From Vicugna vicugna (lineage: Eukaryota): DNA of 64,000 bases. Shown in pieces: positions 62,981-64,000 of the stretch; the first letter of the stretch is position 1; each line of letters opens with the position of its first letter. A program made the translations under genes and the position numbers. The stretch covers positions 380,523 to 444,522 of the forward strand of contig MU058815.1 of NCBI GenBank assembly GCA_013265495.1. Reading direction: 5' to 3'. Under the pieces are notes generated by a model. That model did no database searches. It was not told where the DNA came from and saw only the letters and a list, made by a program, of their open reading frames with translations.

Positions 62981-64000
62981 CAGGAAACCAAGAGCAAGAG
63001 AACTAAGTTTACCGAAGGAGAAACCCTATAGTGACCTGTGAATGCAGCCTTGATAATTTAGTGAAACATTAATCCTTAAGTACCTAGAGACCAGAAGTGC
63101 CCGGCCTCCACCCCGCTGGTTCTCCCAGCAACAGTAGCCTCACGTCGAACAGGTCGTTGCCGAGCCACACAGACAGTAGCGAGGAGGGAACCGACCCCAG
63201 CACTTGATCGGCCTGGGCTCCGGGTGAGTATGAGTGGGGCCCAGGTGCCCCGCACCACGCAGAACGAGGATGAGGCGGCGGGGGCGGCCATCGGGCCCCC
63301 GAGACTGGAACATCCCCTCGGAGGCGGGATGGTGGAGAGGCTGAGTGGTGCCAACCAGCTGAAGCAGTGAAGCCTGCGGAGAGTTCGTGCCACACCCCAC
63401 TTCCCCAGGGTCCCCCAGCTCCATGCAGGCGCGGGCACACCAGGGCCAGAAGGCATAGCTGGTTTGAAATCTGGGGCCCATTTTGCCCTGAAACCTTCCA
63501 CTCGTCTTTGTCATAAGACCACAGTCCCCAAACTGTCACTACTACCCCACCTACTTTGTACCTCAAGATTCTGTGAAAAACAGAGGAACATAAGCCCCCT
63601 TTTGGAGGCAAAAAACCTTTTAAGTCAAGAATGCACATCTGTTTTTAAGAAGGGAGTCCGTTATTAATTAAAGAGCACCTAAGAAGCAAAACACTGGAAA
63701 TTAAAAAACGCACTGCTTAATCAGGTCCCAGACCATAAATCCCTTTTCTGGGCAGATCGGAAAGAAAAGCTACAGGGTTTTCCTATGAACAAGTGGAGAA
63801 GCTGCATGACAGGCCCTCCGCCGTACTGAGCTGGTCACGGGGGCACCGGGCTCCGGACACCATCGCCCGCGATTTCTCTCATGTCCTTCCGTCATTCAAT
63901 TAACGAGACAAACCGCTGCATCAAACTGTTTCACTTAACTGCCCAACTGTGCCCGTCTGAAACGCAAACTACACTAGAAAGAGGGGTGGTATAAATTACA

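Noticed and set aside
1..64000. High frequency of CACGTG E-boxes across the window
   Set aside because: Explained by regional CpG retention and CA/TG-rich sequence; no clustering outside the RY tract

Overview
This is mammalian genomic DNA, almost certainly camelid, based on six tRNA-Ala(AGC)-derived SINEs of the vic-1 type and young L1 3' ends of artiodactyl type. It is GC-rich and retains CpG unusually well, with one 22-N assembly gap. No protein-coding gene could be identified: the ORF track shows chance ORFs in GC-rich DNA plus decayed L1 ORF1/ORF2 remnants. A large part of the window is interspersed repeat (L1 of several ages, HAL1-like, MLT1 solo LTRs, MER3/MER5A/Tigger5-family DNA transposons, MIR, L2), plus microsatellites and CpG-island-like stretches at about 18.7-19.7 kb and 61 kb. 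Minus-strand exon-like segments with good splice sites and a + bias of MLT1 LTRs suggest the window lies in the 5' introns of an unidentified minus-strand gene or lncRNA. The most notable observations are a CRE-motif cluster with a candidate first exon at 44-45 kb, a MER3/L1/SINE nest, two twin-primed L1s, an 11-nt template-switch insertion, an inverted SINE pair and GC-shifted old repeats. I found no convincing novel biological system. Repeat subfamily names come from recalled consensus sequences and need RepeatMasker confirmation.
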